From positions 18,786,001 through 18,850,000 of the forward strand of contig NW_026889761.1 of NCBI RefSeq assembly GCF_033153115.1: DNA of 64,000 nucleotides, in the 5' to 3' direction. Every line of letters starts with the position of its first letter. Positions within the stretch are counted from its first letter, which is position 1. Shown piece after piece: positions 63,101 to 64,000 of the stretch. The stretch is from Saccostrea echinata. Taxonomy: Eukaryota. Made by a program: the position numbers and the translations under genes. Below the pieces are notes generated by a model that saw only the letters and a program-made list of their open reading frames with translations, ran no database searches and had not been told where the DNA came from.

Positions 63101-64000
63101 ACAATATCGACAGCGGGGGGTATAAATTAACTGCTTCACAAACCTGAACATTGAAAAGTTTCTCCAGTTTCTGCGATAATGAAAGATTAAATCTTTATAT
63201 TTTATTGTATGCTATAATACATGATATAGAGCCAAAAAATAAAACAGAATGAATGGTTATTTGTAGGGAATTTGAATGAATTAAGTCACGTACTGTACAT
63301 GAGTATGTGTATGTAGGACTCTTGTATTTAATGAATTTTGAAACAAATTTTCAAGTATCTTTAAATTTCATAAAGCTGCTTTCACATAAAAAATTGAAAT
63401 ATCTGAAGTGTATAGTTCTGGTATATATATAAAGTTTACTTAAGGATTTTTGATATCTTATGAGTCATTGAAAACATGCACCTGAAAATCGTTTCGTCTG
63501 GGCTTTATAAAACAAATGCTGAATGGGGAACACCTGTTCAGGTGGGATAACAATAATTATCTTACCTTTAGATCAGCATGCTTATGGTTGTACTTGTAGG
63601 TGTTAGGTTTGTGATAAATGTACAGAGTTCTGATAAAAAAAATCAAAGAAAATGTGAACAATAAAATTCACACAAACACAAACAATATTATATGAAGAAT
63701 ACACTTTAAAGATTAGTCCAATAATTTCTTTTTATTAAAAATAATTTTGTTTATTTTGTTACTGTGTAAAAATCTGATAAGAAAGCAATATTTATTAAAA
63801 AAAAACTGAATATAAACATTTTCAGCATTTATAACTTACTTGAAACATTTGCAGAACATCTCAAAGTCCATCCAGACTTTCTTGGCCTTAGCAGCTTCTT
63901 CATCAATAACCTGTTCCTCTTGCTGCTCGGATTGCTTCTCTACACCCTCCTCTCCTCCCTCTGGGGGTACAGCCTCAGGGTCAGTGACAGGGGGTGGAGC
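48910..64000 (-). CDS. ADGB: Androglobin (calpain-like domain, split globin domain, IQ motif, C-terminal coiled coil); 5' part lies beyond the window
   Basis: Phase-consistent exons: >64000-63840 (WMDFEMFCKCF), 63629-63566, 62280-62155, 60668-60629, 59675-59502, 58762-58718, 58412-58259 (AEPYSWKSLVTGQP), 57595-57481, 57371-57204 and 56899-56758 (globin: SFHCPY, HFEVFNDAL, AFAWRCF), 56468-56370, 55137-55101, 54967-54873 (IQ: AVKIQKSWKAYYVRK), 54766-54673, 54524-54390, 54199-54046, 53930-53740, 53537-53335 (GKGHAVIPSFIF), 53186-53095, 52976-52917, 52795-52684, 51679-51474, 51364-51269, 51098-50866, 50536-50353, 49116-48910 (TAA). PolyA signal on - at ~47859-47864. Confidence 0.93.
49380..49568. 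mobile_element. Degenerate TA-flanked MITE
   Basis: TA|CAGTAAAGTCACTATTTTC ... AAATTAGTGATTTTACTG|TA inverted termini. Confidence 0.6.
49821..49928 (-). CDS. ADGB: Candidate alternative terminal exon of androglobin (35 aa plus stop)
   Basis: Pyrimidine tract with CTAAT then TCCCTCCATAG acceptor, phase 0; DCIDQARHAIALAYQSIRAKH resembles the distal last exon AMLDAARESVNAPREAIRQKY. Confidence 0.6.
   Translation of the reverse strand, partial: DCIDQARHAIALAYQSIRAKHQDNKAKTEISEPTT
50639..50853. mobile_element. TA-flanked MITE with an internal 27-bp duplication
   Basis: TA|CTGTAGATCATTTAATTTGC ... GCAAATTAAAAGTGATTGACAG|TA; CTGTATAATCTTTGATATGAGAATGAA occurs twice. Confidence 0.65.
52534..52545 (-). 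CDS. ADGB: Candidate 12-nt androglobin microexon
   Basis: GGTTTTCAG|CGCGAGATGAGA|GTAAGT, phase 1-1, frame-preserving and stop-free. Confidence 0.55.
56040..56365. repeat. Degenerate ~30-35-bp minisatellite next to an ADGB splice donor
   Basis: Recurring TGTAGCTGTAGACACAATAGACAGA-like units. Confidence 0.65.
57938..58282 (-). repeat. 60-bp tandem repeat (~5.7 copies) made of the ADGB exon end plus its splice donor
   Basis: Near-identical 60-nt lines from 57961 to 58200; minus-strand unit AGCTGTCTTCAATCAACCCACTGG/GTAGGTCCTTATCTTTAGTCCTGCAGCTATATCTAT versus the true exon end AGCTGTCCTCAATCTACCAGCTGG/GTAGGTCC. Confidence 0.95.
58841..58947. repeat. 20-bp intronic minisatellite (~5 copies)
   Basis: CAGTGAATTACAGGATAACT repeated. 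Confidence 0.9.
60255..60418. mobile_element. Short TIR MITE
   Basis: CAGGGTTGTCCCTAAGA ... TCTTAGGTACAACCCTG inverted termini. Confidence 0.65.

Overview
AT-rich, intron-containing animal DNA. The repeat families (CvA/pearl-like Helentron-associated elements carrying ~166-167-bp satellite units) point to an oyster or related bivalve; this taxonomic call is inference. Splice sites and reading-frame phases were traced by hand. Host genes: (1) the 3' half of DDX10 on + (<1-13123); (2) a complete 7-exon, 442-aa divergent non-alpha nicotinic acetylcholine receptor-like subunit on - (22253-14106); (3) an intronless 376-aa low-complexity ORF on + (37530-38660) carrying SILK and RVxF PP1-docking motifs; (4) most of androglobin (ADGB) on - (>64000-48910). 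Introns and intergenic DNA are full of nested non-autonomous DNA transposons and HINE elements. Most notable: a DDX10 intron holds a TA-flanked TIR element enclosing an RT-less Ngaro/DIRS-type tyrosine recombinase plus SGNH hydrolase cassette, decayed and apparently splice-dependent; two different genes have tandemly amplified exon ends including the splice donor; and ADGB has a candidate duplicated alternative last exon and candidate 12-nt and 24-nt microexons. No CRISPR array, rRNA or intact tRNA was seen. Most short ORFs in the supplied track are spurious, repeat-derived or antisense shadows.
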